NCBI GenBank assembly: GCA_963555985.3
Contig: OY820591.1
Location: forward strand, 256,001 to 320,000
Length of the DNA: 64,000 nt
Source of the DNA: Dehalococcoidia bacterium
GTDB taxonomy: Bacteria; Chloroflexota; Dehalococcoidia; Bin125
Direction of reading: 5' to 3'
Each line of letters begins with the position of its first letter. Positions within the stretch are counted from its first letter, which is position 1. Positions 49,102-58,839 of the stretch are shown here, piece after piece. The notes under the pieces were generated by a model. The model saw only the letters and a list, made by a program, of their open reading frames with translations. It was not told the origin of the DNA and did not search any database. Both the position numbers and the translations under genes were made by a program.

Positions 49102-52023
49102 ATGACCGACGCTTTGCCGACCTCGCTCTCCGCCTCCGAATTCGCCGCCAAGTGGCGCGACAACGCGCGACGTGAGCGCGCCTCCTCTCAGGAGCACTTC
49201 ATCGACCTTTGCCGCCTGCTTGGTCTCCAGACCCCCAACGAAGCCGACCCGGCCGGCGAGTGGTACAGCTTTGAGCGCCGCGTCGACAAGACGCTTGGCG
49301 GCAAGGGCTGGGCTGATGTCTGGAAACGGGGGCACTTCGGCTGGGAGTACAAGGGCGACCACGCCGACCTGAGCGCTGCCTACCGGCAACTGCTTGATTA
49401 CCGCGAAGACCTCGAAAATCCGCCTGCGCTGGTTGTCAGCGATATGGACCGGATCGAGATCCACACCAACTTCACCTACACCCGCCCGACCGTTCACACG
49501 CTGACCCTCGATGACCTCGCCGCCGGCGGCGAAGCGACCGCCGATGCGTTGCGCATTATCCGCGCCGTGATGAGCGACCCGGAGGCGCTGCGACCGCGAC
49601 GCACGCCCGACGAGGTAACTCGGGAGGCGGCCTCGCGCTTCGCCGATCTCGCGCGCGGAATGCAGGAGCGCGGCCACGATCCCGAAGTCGTCGCGCACTT
49701 CCTCAATCGCGTGTTGTTTTGTCTGTTCGCTGAAGACGTCGGCCTGCTGCCCCGGCGCTTGATGACCGACCTGATCGAATCGCGCAAGGACGACCCCGGC
49801 GAGTTCGCCCAGGGACTCGCCGATCTGTTCCGGCTGATGTCCGAGCGTGACGCCGGGCGTTTTTTCGGTACCCAGCGGATCGAGTGGTTCAACGGCGGAC
49901 TGTTCGACGACGACTCGACGCTGGCCTTCACGCGCGACGAACTGCGCACCGTGGCCGAGGCCGCCACGCTCGACTGGTCGCAGGTCGAACCCGCGATCCT
50001 CGGCACGCTCTTCGAGCGCGGACTCGACCCGGCCAAGCGCGGACAACTGGGCGCCCACTACACCGACCGCGAGAAGATCCTGATGGTGGTCGAGCCGGTC
50101 GTGATCATCCCGCTGCGGCGCGAGTTTGCGACGATGCGTGAGCGCGCCGACGGGCTGATGAAGGGCCGCGCCCCCAGCCCGCTCACCCGCGAGGGCAAAC
50201 GCCGCACGCGCCTGCCCCAGTGGGAGCGGAACGCCGAAGCCGAGTGGCGCGGCTTCCTCGAGCGCCTGCGCAACGTGCGCGTGCTCGATCCTGCCTGCGG
50301 CTCGGGCAACTTCCTCTACGTCACCCTGCGCCTGCTCAAAGACCTCGAACACCAAGCGATCCGCTGGGGTGCAGAGCGCCTGCGGATCACCGGCGAATTC
50401 CCCCAAGTTGGCCCACACAACGTGCTGGGGATCGAGATCAATCCCTACGCCAAGGAACTGGCGGGAGTCGCGATCTGGATCGGGCACATTCAGTGGATGC
50501 TCGATCACGGCTACGGATTTCCGCGCGATCCAGTCTTGCAGCCGCTCGACAACATCGAGTTGCGCGACGCGATTCTGGCCTATGACGAGGAGGGGAGTCC
50601 GGTCCTGGCGACGTGGCCGGAGGCGGAATTTGTGGTTGGCAATCCGCCGTTTCTGGGTACGAAACTGATGCGGTTGTCGCTTGGGGATGCGTATGTGGAT
50701 GACTTGTTCACTGCATGGGATGAAGTGGTCGCTCGTGAGTCAGACTTGGCTTGCTACTGGCACGAGCAGGCGCGTCGTCAGATCGTCGCGGACAATTTGA
50801 GCCGCGCAGGATTGCTGGCGACGAACTCCATTCGCGGCGGCGCGAATCGCGCCGTGCTGAACGCTGTCAAGGAGAGCGGCGACATCTTCATGGCGTGGTC
50901 GGACGAGCCCTGGGTAGTTGATGGGGCAGCAGTTCGAGTCTCAATCGTTGCGCAAGACGGCGGCTCCGAAGAGCGCCACGTACTTGATGGCAAGACGGTG
51001 ACTGCGATCAACGCCGATCTGACCGTCGGGATCGATCTGACGCAAGCTCGGGTGCTTGCGGAGAACCAAAGCGTCTGCTTTATGGGCGATACCAAAGGCG
51101 GCGCATTCAACCTAGCGGGCGAAGTGGCTCGTGAGATGTTGCGGGAGCCGACCAACATCAACGGCTGCCCGAACGCCGATGTGGTAGTACCAAGAGTGAA
51201 CGGGTTAGACGTTACGCGCCGGCCTCGGGACGAGTTCGTCATTGATTTCGGCGCGGAGCTCTCCGAATCAGAAGCTGCTGCCTACGAAACGCCGTTTGAG
51301 TACCTGGTTGAGCATGTGCAACCAATTCGATCAAAGAATCGGCGGAAGGCATATCGGGAGCGTTGGTGGTTGCATGTCGAACCTCGTCCAGCGATGCGTG
51401 AAGCCTTAGCCCCGCTTCATCGCTTTATCGCTACACCGGCGGTTGCGAAACACCGGCTGTTCGTCTGGTTGTCAGCCCCGACTCTGCCTGACCATGCCCT
51501 GTTCGTATTCGCCCGCGACGACGACTATGCCTTCGGCGTGCTCCACTCGCGAGCGCATGAGCTCTGGTCGCTGCGCATGGGCACCTGGCTCGGTGTCGGC
51601 AACGATCCCCGCTACACCCCGACCTCTACCTTCGAGACCTTCCCCTTCCCCTGGCCGCTCAACACCCCCGACGACGCGCTGACCGCCGAACAATGCGCTC
51701 AGCGCGACGCGATCGGCAAGGCGGCGCGGGCGCTGGACACTGCCCGCCGGCGTTGGCTCAACCCGCCCGAGTGGGTGCGCGCAGAGGCGGACGTGCTGTC
51801 CTCGCTGCCGCCGCGTCTGTTGCCGGTCAACGAGGACGCGGCTAAGCAGTTGCGTAAGCGCACGCTGACCAATCTGTACAACGCGCGTCCGGCCTGGCTT
51901 GCGAATCTGCATCACGCCCTGGATCTAGCGGTCTTTGCCGCCTACGGCTGGCCGGCGGAGTTGGAGGATGATGAGATCCTGGAGCGGTTGCTGGCGCTCA
52001 ATCTGGAGCGTGCTGGGGATTAG
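49102..52023 (+). CDS. MmeI-like type IIL restriction-modification enzyme
   Basis: Nuclease ADVW...WEYK, GAHYT, motif I VLDPACGSGNF, motif IV GNPPF, C-terminal RYTPTSTFETFPFP and LDLAVFAAYGW. Confidence 0.92.
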   Translation: MTDALPTSLSASEFAAKWRDNARRERASSQEHFIDLCRLLGLQTPNEADPAGEWYSFERRVDKTLGGKGWADVWKRGHFGWEYKGDHADLSAAYRQLLDYREDLENPPALVVSDMDRIEIHTNFTYTRPTVHTLTLDDLAAGGEATADALRIIRAVMSDPEALRPRRTPDEVTREAASRFADLARGMQERGHDPEVVAHFLNRVLFCLFAEDVGLLPRRLMTDLIESRKDDPGEFAQGLADLFRLMSERDAGRFFGTQRIEWFNGGLFDDDSTLAFTRDELRTVAEAATLDWSQVEPAILGTLFERGLDPAKRGQLGAHYTDREKILMVVEPVVIIPLRREFATMRERADGLMKGRAPSPLTREGKRRTRLPQWERNAEAEWRGFLERLRNVRVLDPACGSGNFLYVTLRLLKDLEHQAIRWGAERLRITGEFPQVGPHNVLGIEINPYAKELAGVAIWIGHIQWMLDHGYGFPRDPVLQPLDNIELRDAILAYDEEGSPVLATWPEAEFVVGNPPFLGTKLMRLSLGDAYVDDLFTAWDEVVARESDLACYWHEQARRQIVADNLSRAGLLATNSIRGGANRAVLNAVKESGDIFMAWSDEPWVVDGAAVRVSIVAQDGGSEERHVLDGKTVTAINADLTVGIDLTQARVLAENQSVCFMGDTKGGAFNLAGEVAREMLREPTNINGCPNADVVVPRVNGLDVTRRPRDEFVIDFGAELSESEAAAYETPFEYLVEHVQPIRSKNRRKAYRERWWLHVEPRPAMREALAPLHRFIATPAVAKHRLFVWLSAPTLPDHALFVFARDDDYAFGVLHSRAHELWSLRMGTWLGVGNDPRYTPTSTFETFPFPWPLNTPDDALTAEQCAQRDAIGKAARALDTARRRWLNPPEWVRAEADVLSSLPPRLLPVNEDAAKQLRKRTLTNLYNARPAWLANLHHALDLAVFAAYGWPAELEDDEILERLLALNLERAGD

Positions 52024-52078
52024 GGGGCGTGGTCGTCTCTTCCCCGTTCAAGCCGGGGGTCATCGCCGCGCCCGCTTC

Positions 52079-52346
52079 CGTCATACCCGCGCTTGTCGCG
52101 GGTATCTCGCCGTGATCTGCACCGTCGTCGCTTATACGGCGAGATTGCCGCGACGGAGCGCGGCAATGACGGAGAGAGGGACGCGGGTATGACGGAGAAG
52201 ATCGACTGTTGCACAAGTCTCCTTGAGGGGGTGAGACGTGGGGTATCAGAGGGGGCTGGGCGTTCTCACCCCCTCTGCCTGCGGCATCTCCCCCTCAAGG
52301 GGGAGATCGATTGAGGTTTGTGCGCAAGTCTGCTCAAGGGGGGAGA
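52079..52346. repeat. Palindromic repeat mosaic after the type IIL gene
   Basis: Head-to-head CGTC pair at 52079-52173 matching 3632-3750; double hairpin at 52259-52306. Confidence 0.85.
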
Positions 52347-52358
52347 TTGGATTTGTAG

Positions 52359-54269
52359 ATGGCGTTGCTCGCAGCAGCCTTTGTGGTCGTCTTTGGCTTG
52401 CAGTTGTTGCGGGGCATGGTGGCGGGGCTGTCGGTTTACCTGGGGCAGGTGCGGGATCTTGATCCGCTGCTCCTGGGCGGGCTGATCTTCGCGGTCTTTC
52501 TGGCGGGGTTTGGGGCGCGGTTGGTGCGGCTGCTGCTTGGCGTCGGTTGGGCGTTTCCGATCCTTGCCGCTGTCTTGGCGCTGCTGCGCCTCGCGGAACA
52601 GTTCAGTTCGCAGCCGGACGCTCGGCTCATCATCGAGATCGCCGGAGTCGTGGTTTGGCTCTGGCTTGTACCGCTGGTGCTTGCGGGCGATCACGCGGTC
52701 GGCAAGAGGCGCGATGCGGCTTCGCCGGTTGTGGCGCTGTTGCTCGGGCTCACGTTCGATACGGCGATTAAGGGGGCGTTTGGGACGCTTGATCTGAGCT
52801 TTGCTGCGGGGTTGGCGCCGCAGCTGACGACGGTTGCGCTGACGTGTGCGCAGCTCGGGTTGATCCTGTTGATGGCTCGCACTCGCGCCCAAGCGGAGAG
52901 CGCGATTGCTCTGCCTGCGTCCGCGTATGTGGTTGGGTCCGGGCTTGCGCTGCACCTGCTGATCTTTCAGAACATCGCGCATCATGCGGCGCTGATTGGC
53001 TGGTCGTTGCCGGCGGTGTTCGCCTGGACGCTGGCGGCGAATTTGATTGCGATCTGGGCGGTGGTTTGGTTATCTCGGCGTGCTTCGGGCTTGCCTCGTT
53101 GGGCGTCGGTTGGGGCTGCGGGGTTGCTGGTAGCGAGCGTCGCGCCGGGTCTCTCGCCGGCGTTGGCGGCGATTGCCGCGCTCGTGGGGCCGGTTGCGAT
53201 CGCGGTGCTGTGGACGCCTGCGCTTGCGGGCAGTAGCGGAGATCGGCGCGGGTGGGTTGCGGTTGCGCTGGGATTGTTGGCGATTCCGGTGGTGCTGTTT
53301 GGATGGTACGCGCACTATGAGATTGCGGTTCCGATTCCGCAGTGGCTGATTCCGTTGGTTGCGGGGCTGTTGGTTGCGGGTCCGGTTTGGGTGTGGAGTC
53401 CCCCCTCTGTTCCTTGTTCAAGCCAGGGACAGGCTCCTGCGGGACATCTCCCCCCGCACTACGGGGGGAGAGTGGGGATCGGCGTTGCGGTTGGGGCGAT
53501 CTTGTTGCTCTTGCTGCCTTTGTATCAATTTCTCGCCTGGAATTCGCCTCCTGCGCCTCCCGCTGAGGGTTCTTCGCTGCGGGTGATGACTTACAACATT
53601 CATCAGGGTTTCGACCTCTCCGGGCGGCCCGGGCTCGAAGGCGTTGCCGAGGCGATTGAGGCTGAGCAGGCTCAGATTGTGGGCTTGCAGGAGGTTCCGC
53701 GCGGTTGGGTGGTCAATGGCTCGGTGGATGCGCTGAGTTGGCTCGCGCAGCGGCTGGGGATGCACGCCGCCTGGGGTCCGGCCGCCGATCCGTTCTGGGG
53801 CAACGCGATTCTGAGCCGTTATCCAATCGTGCGGGTTGAGAATGCGCCAATGCCGGACAACGCCGACATCCTCTTCGACCGCGCCTATTTGGTCGTCACG
53901 ATTGAGGTCGGCGGTAAGCAACTTCAGGTCGTTGCGACGCATCTGCACCACGTCCAGCGGGAGCGGCAACACCGCTTGCCTCAGGTTCGGGCGCTGATCG
54001 AGGGCGTTGACTGGAGCCGTCCGACGATCCTGTTGGGCGATCTCAATGCCCAGCCGCAGCACGAGGAATTGCGGCTACTGCTGCGGGCGGGTCTGGCGAC
54101 GAGCGAGCGTCCGATCCCGACGTATCCGTCGGATCGGGCGAGGCGGCAGCTTGACTACGTTCTGGTAACGCCCCACTTCGCACTCAGCGAAGCGACGGCA
54201 ATCCGCACCACTGCCTCGGATCATCGACCGCTGGCGGCGACGCTGATTCGTGTAGAAGCTGCTCAGTGA
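52359..54269 (+). CDS. Polytopic membrane protein fused to an endonuclease/exonuclease/phosphatase domain
   Basis: About 400 aa of TM helices, then MTYNIHQG, LQEV, GNAILSRYP, GDLN, LDY and SDH motifs. Confidence 0.88.
   Translation: MALLAAAFVVVFGLQLLRGMVAGLSVYLGQVRDLDPLLLGGLIFAVFLAGFGARLVRLLLGVGWAFPILAAVLALLRLAEQFSSQPDARLIIEIAGVVVWLWLVPLVLAGDHAVGKRRDAASPVVALLLGLTFDTAIKGAFGTLDLSFAAGLAPQLTTVALTCAQLGLILLMARTRAQAESAIALPASAYVVGSGLALHLLIFQNIAHHAALIGWSLPAVFAWTLAANLIAIWAVVWLSRRASGLPRWASVGAAGLLVASVAPGLSPALAAIAALVGPVAIAVLWTPALAGSSGDRRGWVAVALGLLAIPVVLFGWYAHYEIAVPIPQWLIPLVAGLLVAGPVWVWSPPSVPCSSQGQAPAGHLPPHYGGRVGIGVAVGAILLLLLPLYQFLAWNSPPAPPAEGSSLRVMTYNIHQGFDLSGRPGLEGVAEAIEAEQAQIVGLQEVPRGWVVNGSVDALSWLAQRLGMHAAWGPAADPFWGNAILSRYPIVRVENAPMPDNADILFDRAYLVVTIEVGGKQLQVVATHLHHVQRERQHRLPQVRALIEGVDWSRPTILLGDLNAQPQHEELRLLLRAGLATSERPIPTYPSDRARRQLDYVLVTPHFALSEATAIRTTASDHRPLAATLIRVEAAQ
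53400..53472. repeat. Double-hairpin repeat with nested hairpin, located in frame inside a CDS
   Basis: CCCCCCTCTGTT[CCTTGTTCAAGCCAGGGACAGGCT]CCTGCGGGACATCTCCCCCCGCACTACGGGGGGAGAG. Confidence 0.85.
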
Positions 54270-54276
54270 TACGGAA

Positions 54277-54327
54277 TCACTGTTCCTCGTCGATGATGAT
54301 CACGTTGGCGTCGAGGACGACTCTCAT
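54277..54327 (-). pseudogene. Remnant of a PIN-domain toxin gene
   Basis: Translates to MRVVLDANVIIIDEEQ-stop, matching the PIN N-terminal signature MRVVLD(T/A)NV. Confidence 0.5.
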
Positions 54328-54419
54328 TGCTGTGAGAGGCTGATGCATAACCCCTGAATTGCCTCATTTCCGCCAATCCGACTCAACGAAGCATCCAGTG
54401 CCGACCAGATACGGAGACT

Positions 54420-54658
54420 GGATTCCCGCATTCGGAGGCTCCCTGCCTACGCAGGGACAGGCTTTTGCGAAAGTCCATCCTGGTGCGTTGGGGGCTCGGA
54501 GGAGCGGATCGCGCGATGTGAGGTCGGTGGTACGACCAGATTGAGAGTGGTTTCAGACTTGGTTGCTTCGAGATTCCCGCCTACGCGGGAATGACGGAAA
54601 TGTGGATTTTGCAAAGGTCTTCCTGCGCGGGAATGACGGAATTTGGGATTGCGCGCGG
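54420..54658. repeat. Palindromic repeat mosaic
   Basis: Nested CAGGCT hairpin near 54441; segment homologous to 6098-6180; ATTCCCGCCTACGCGGGAATGACGG near 54573; one copy of the 42-bp unit. Confidence 0.85.
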
Positions 54659-54735
54659 GTCGCCTCTGGGTGTTACTCAGTCTTACTCCGAGTTTCGGAG
54701 CGCGCTGGTCGGTTGTCAAGTCCGGCCTGGCTTGC

Positions 54736-55566
54736 TTAGTCGCGCTTGGAGGGGTGCCAGCGCAGGACGTAGCGGTCGATGCCGGCGACGATCATGTACT
54801 GGCTGATGCCGAGGGCGCAGGCCATCACGATGGCGGTCCAGACTTGAACGGTACGGACGTTGTTGGCCTGGTTGCGGATGTAGCCGCCGAGGTTTTCGAA
54901 GCTGCCGCCGAAGTACTCGGAGATGATGGCGACGATCATGGCGATTGTGACCGCGATCTTGAGACCGGAGAAGAAGAGCGGCAGCGCATAGGGCACGTGC
55001 AGGCTCCAGAAGGTGCGGAACGGTCCGGCGGCGTAGGAGCGCATCAACTCCTGCGCGTTCGGGTCGGCATTGCGCAGGCCGACCAGCGTGTAGGTGAAGA
55101 GGATTGGCGCGGTCGAGATGGCGACCGTGGCGATCTTTGAGCCTGCCTCAATGCCAAACCAGACCACAGTCAGCGGAGCGAGCGAGATCACCGGCACGGC
55201 CTTGAGCACGGCGGCGTAGATGCCGACGCCTTCGGCCAGCCAACGAGTACGGGAGGTGAGCGCGGCGAGCACGATCCCGATCGCGCCGCCGAGCAGGAGA
55301 CCGCGTCCGGCCACGCCGAGCGTGTTCCGGCCTTGGCGGATGAGCCTGCCGAAGTCCTCGAAGAAGAGGTCGATGATCTCGCTCGGGCGAGGCAGCAGGA
55401 AGCGCTGGATCGCGAAGACTTCGATGATCAACTCCCAGAGCGCGATCGCGGCGATGAACACGAGCAGAGGCGGCAGCACGACAGCCGCGTGGCGAGTCCA
55501 CGGTCGCGGCTGTTCGGGGGCGTCCTCTTCGAACGCGGGCCGGTCGGGATCGACGGTCGCGGCCAT
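54736..55566 (-). CDS. NitT/TauT-type ABC permease
   Basis: LLPRPSEI, AVPVISLAP and ALPLFFSGLKIA motifs. Confidence 0.9.
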   Translation of the reverse strand: MAATVDPDRPAFEEDAPEQPRPWTRHAAVVLPPLLVFIAAIALWELIIEVFAIQRFLLPRPSEIIDLFFEDFGRLIRQGRNTLGVAGRGLLLGGAIGIVLAALTSRTRWLAEGVGIYAAVLKAVPVISLAPLTVVWFGIEAGSKIATVAISTAPILFTYTLVGLRNADPNAQELMRSYAAGPFRTFWSLHVPYALPLFFSGLKIAVTIAMIVAIISEYFGGSFENLGGYIRNQANNVRTVQVWTAIVMACALGISQYMIVAGIDRYVLRWHPSKRD

Positions 55567-55569
55567 TGC

Positions 55570-56394
55570 TTACCAGCCCATCGCCTCGCCCAGGGCTTCG
55601 CGGACCTCGGTGACGAGTTCGTAGTAGCGGGTGGATTCCTCCACCTCGGTGGTGCGGGGGTAGGGCAGATCGATCGGGATGATGGTCTGCACGCGGCCCG
55701 GGCGTGCGGTCATTACCACGACTCGGCCGGAGAGGAGCACAGCTTCGGGGATGCTGTGGGTGACGAAAAGGATGGTGGTGTCGGTCTCGGCCCAGATGCG
55801 GTGGAGTTCGAGGTTCATGCGGTCGCGGGTGATCTCGTCGAGCGCGCCGAACGGTTCGTCCATCAGCAGGATCGAGGGGCGGAAGACCAGCGCCCGCGCG
55901 AGCGAGACGCGCTGCTGCATCCCGCCGGAGAGCTGGTAGGGGTGGTGTCCCTCGAATCCGTCCAGGCCGACCATGCCCAGCAGCCGCTCGATCTCTTCCT
56001 GCCGCTTGGCCTTGGTCATGCCCGGGATGCGCATGAGCTCGAGCGGGAGGGCGACGTTCTTCCAAACGGTGCGCCAATCGAAGAGCGTGGGCGCTTGAAA
56101 GATGAAGCCGTAGTCGCGATCGAGACGGGCTTGCCGCGGAGTCTTGCCGTTGACGAGTACGTTGCCGCCGCTCGGTTCGATCAGGTCGGCGGCGAGACGC
56201 AGGAGGGTCGATTTGCCGCAGCCCGAGGGGCCGATCAGGGAGACGAACTCGCGCTCGGCGATGTCGAGGTCGACGCTCTCGATCGCGAGCGTTGCGTTAC
56301 TGCCGCTGCCGAATTCCTTGCGTACGCCCTCGAAGGTGATGCCGCGCTGCGAACCGGTTGAGAGCGTCTCGGCCGCGGTGTCGGGTGTGGTCAT
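55570..56394 (-). CDS. NitT/TauT-type ABC ATPase
   Basis: [17 protein letters not shown] and MDEPFGALDEITR motifs. Confidence 0.93.
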   Translation of the reverse strand: MTTPDTAAETLSTGSQRGITFEGVRKEFGSGSNATLAIESVDLDIAEREFVSLIGPSGCGKSTLLRLAADLIEPSGGNVLVNGKTPRQARLDRDYGFIFQAPTLFDWRTVWKNVALPLELMRIPGMTKAKRQEEIERLLGMVGLDGFEGHHPYQLSGGMQQRVSLARALVFRPSILLMDEPFGALDEITRDRMNLELHRIWAETDTTILFVTHSIPEAVLLSGRVVVMTARPGRVQTIIPIDLPYPRTTEVEESTRYYELVTEVREALGEAMGW

Positions 56395-56406
56395 GGCCTT
56401 GTCCCT

Positions 56407-57282
56407 TCAGCTCAGTTCCTGGGCGCGGTGTCCGCGCAAGATGACGATCTGGATGATGCGCACCATCGCCACCATTGCGCCACCGAGCAGGCAGGCGCCG
56501 CCGATGGCTGCGAACAGGGACTCGGGTTGCAGGCTGAAGTATTGCTGTGAGGTGAGAATCACGACGCCGATGCCGTCCTGCGATCCGACGGGCAGCTCAG
56601 CCACGATCGCGCCGATCACGCTGAAGGCGGCAGCCACTTCGAGGCCGGTGAAGATGTAGGGCAAAGCGCTGGGCAGACGCAGCTTGAAGAACACCTCGGT
56701 CGGTGAGGCTCCGTAGGAGGCCATTAAGTCGAGACTGTCCTGGGAGACGTCGCCGATCCCGCGCGCGGTTGAGACGGCGATCGGGAAGAAGGCGAGGAAA
56801 CCGGCGATCAGGGCCTTGGTTTCCCAGCCGGTCCCGAGCCAGATCACGAGGGCCGGCGCGATCGCGACGATTGGGACGGTTTGCGCGCCGATCACGAAGG
56901 GCATGATCCCGCGTCCGGTCCAGCGGCTGAGCGCCATTAGCGTGCCAGCGGCGAATCCCGCGACGATCGCGACCGAGAGACCGGTCAGCGCTTCGATGAA
57001 GGTGAGGCGCAGATTGCGGCCAATCGCGAGCCAGACCTTGTCGCCCTGCGAGTTGATGCTGAAGAGGTAATCGGCGACCTCGTGGAAGTGGGGCAGCGTC
57101 GTTCGGGGCGCGTCGGTGACCCACTTGAGGAATTCCCAACCGCCGAGGAAGAGCGCGATCAGAATCAGGATGAGGGTGACTCTGGCCGAAGCCGAGCGCA
57201 AGCGTTCGGCACGCTCGTCGGTGAGGAGGCGGTCACGTGCGGCGAACTGCGGGGATGTCTGCGGACTCGCGCTGGCGCTCAT
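56407..57282 (-). CDS. NitT/TauT-type ABC permease
   Basis: QTVPIVAIAP and KLRLPSALPYIFTGL motifs. Confidence 0.9.
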   Translation of the reverse strand: MSASASPQTSPQFAARDRLLTDERAERLRSASARVTLILILIALFLGGWEFLKWVTDAPRTTLPHFHEVADYLFSINSQGDKVWLAIGRNLRLTFIEALTGLSVAIVAGFAAGTLMALSRWTGRGIMPFVIGAQTVPIVAIAPALVIWLGTGWETKALIAGFLAFFPIAVSTARGIGDVSQDSLDLMASYGASPTEVFFKLRLPSALPYIFTGLEVAAAFSVIGAIVAELPVGSQDGIGVVILTSQQYFSLQPESLFAAIGGACLLGGAMVAMVRIIQIVILRGHRAQELS

Positions 57283-57316
57283 CGATCGGCGGGCTCGCTT
57301 TCGGCTGCTGGACGGG

Positions 57317-58324
57317 CTATCCGACGGGCCGAACCGCCCGTGCGATCTTCTCGACGGTGCTCTCGTAGTTGGCAAGCGGAGTGAGCACGGGTTCGCTGCA
57401 ACCGGCGGCGACGAACGCTTCGATGCGTTCGATGGTCTCTGAGGTGGTGCCGCAGCAGCAGACGTCGCGGACGAGCTCGTCGGGGATGAACTGCATCGCT
57501 TCCTCGATCTGCTCCTGCGTCGCGGGCCAGCCCATTGTGCTCTTGACGCCGGCGATTTGCTCCTCCGTCGCGCCGCAGGTCTCGGTGATGTGCGGCTGCT
57601 GCCCGATGTACTGGGTGAGGAACTTCTTGCAGGCGTCGACCGCCGCCTTCGGATCGTCGTCGTCGATTGCGACTCCCAGCAGCTGGGGGCAATCGATCTC
57701 GTCCATTGAGCGACCGGCGCGGTCGGCGCCGATCTTGATGTGCTCCACCGAGAGCGCGGTGTATTCGGGCGGAACGAGGAAGTCCATCAGGGCTCCGTCG
57801 GCGATCTCGCCGACCAGTTCCATCATCCGCAAACGGACGGCGCCGATGTAGATCGGCACGGGATAGGAGGGGCTGTCGTCGTCTTCGGGGGTGTCGAACT
57901 TGATCTCTTCGACATCGACGTATTCGCCTTTGTAGGTCACCGACTTGCCATCGAGCAGGTCTTTGAGGGCGAGGATGATCTCTTTCATCGCGGTTCGGGG
58001 CTTGGCCGTGTGCAGACCGTTGCGGGTCGCCAGCGGCTCCCACCAGGCACCGAGCCCGAGTTTGAACCGGCCGGGAGCGAGGTCGTCAAGCGTGCGTGCG
58101 GTCATGCCCAGCAGCCCGACGCTGCGGGTGCGGAAGGGGAAGATGCCACTGCCAAGCGTGATCCGGTTGGTGTTGGCGGCGGCCAGGGTGAGATGCACGA
58201 CCGAGTTGCGGGTGAGCCGGCCCTCACCGGTCCAGACCGTCTCGAAGCCCTGCTCTTCCGCCCACTGCGCCTGGGGGACGATATCGCGTGGATGGTCGAT
58301 CCCTGACATCAATCCGAGTTTCAT
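57317..58324 (-). CDS. LLM-class (Mer-like, possibly F420-dependent) oxidoreductase
   Basis: AEEQGFETVW, TLDDLAPGRFKLGLGA and PIYIGAVRLRMMELVGEIADG motifs. Confidence 0.85.
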   Translation of the reverse strand: MKLGLMSGIDHPRDIVPQAQWAEEQGFETVWTGEGRLTRNSVVHLTLAAANTNRITLGSGIFPFRTRSVGLLGMTARTLDDLAPGRFKLGLGAWWEPLATRNGLHTAKPRTAMKEIILALKDLLDGKSVTYKGEYVDVEEIKFDTPEDDDSPSYPVPIYIGAVRLRMMELVGEIADGALMDFLVPPEYTALSVEHIKIGADRAGRSMDEIDCPQLLGVAIDDDDPKAAVDACKKFLTQYIGQQPHITETCGATEEQIAGVKSTMGWPATQEQIEEAMQFIPDELVRDVCCCGTTSETIERIEAFVAAGCSEPVLTPLANYESTVEKIARAVRPVG

Positions 58325-58371
58325 GTCTGCTGCTCCCATCCCGATCAGTGCGCACCGGCTGCGCTACCCGG

Positions 58372-58776
58372 TTAGCTGTCGTCCTCCGCGTCAATGGCGG
58401 CGAAGACCTCTGCGGCGACCTGCAACCCCGATAGCCCCATCGGGAAGCCGCCGTAGGCGAACTGGTGGACAAAGACGCTCTGGATCTCCTCGCGCGTGAA
58501 CCCTTGCGCGAGCGCGCCGGCGATGTGTCCGCGCAGTTGCCGCTCGCGTCCCAGCGCCGAGATTGTCGCCAGCGTGATGATCCGCTTCGTGCGTACGTCC
58601 AGCGGTCCGTGAGTCCAGACATCGCCGAAGCAGAACTCGCCCAGCATCCGTGCGACCTCTGGGCCGACCTCGCCGTTGGCCGCGGCGATCGCGTCCATGC
58701 CGCTCGGATCCATGCTGATGCTCTGCATCAGCTCGACGCCTTGTTGGTAGCGATCGCTGTCGTGGTAGTCAGTCAC
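58372..58776 (-). CDS. Carboxymuconolactone decarboxylase family protein
   Basis: FGDVWTHGPLDVRTKRIITL, HIAGAL and YGGFP motifs. Confidence 0.88.
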   Translation of the reverse strand: MTDYHDSDRYQQGVELMQSISMDPSGMDAIAAANGEVGPEVARMLGEFCFGDVWTHGPLDVRTKRIITLATISALGRERQLRGHIAGALAQGFTREEIQSVFVHQFAYGGFPMGLSGLQVAAEVFAAIDAEDDS

Positions 58777-58839
58777 AGTCGGAACCCGTCCTTTCTCTGC
58801 TCTCTGTCAAACTGCGCCGTTCGCGCGGACTGGATAGCG

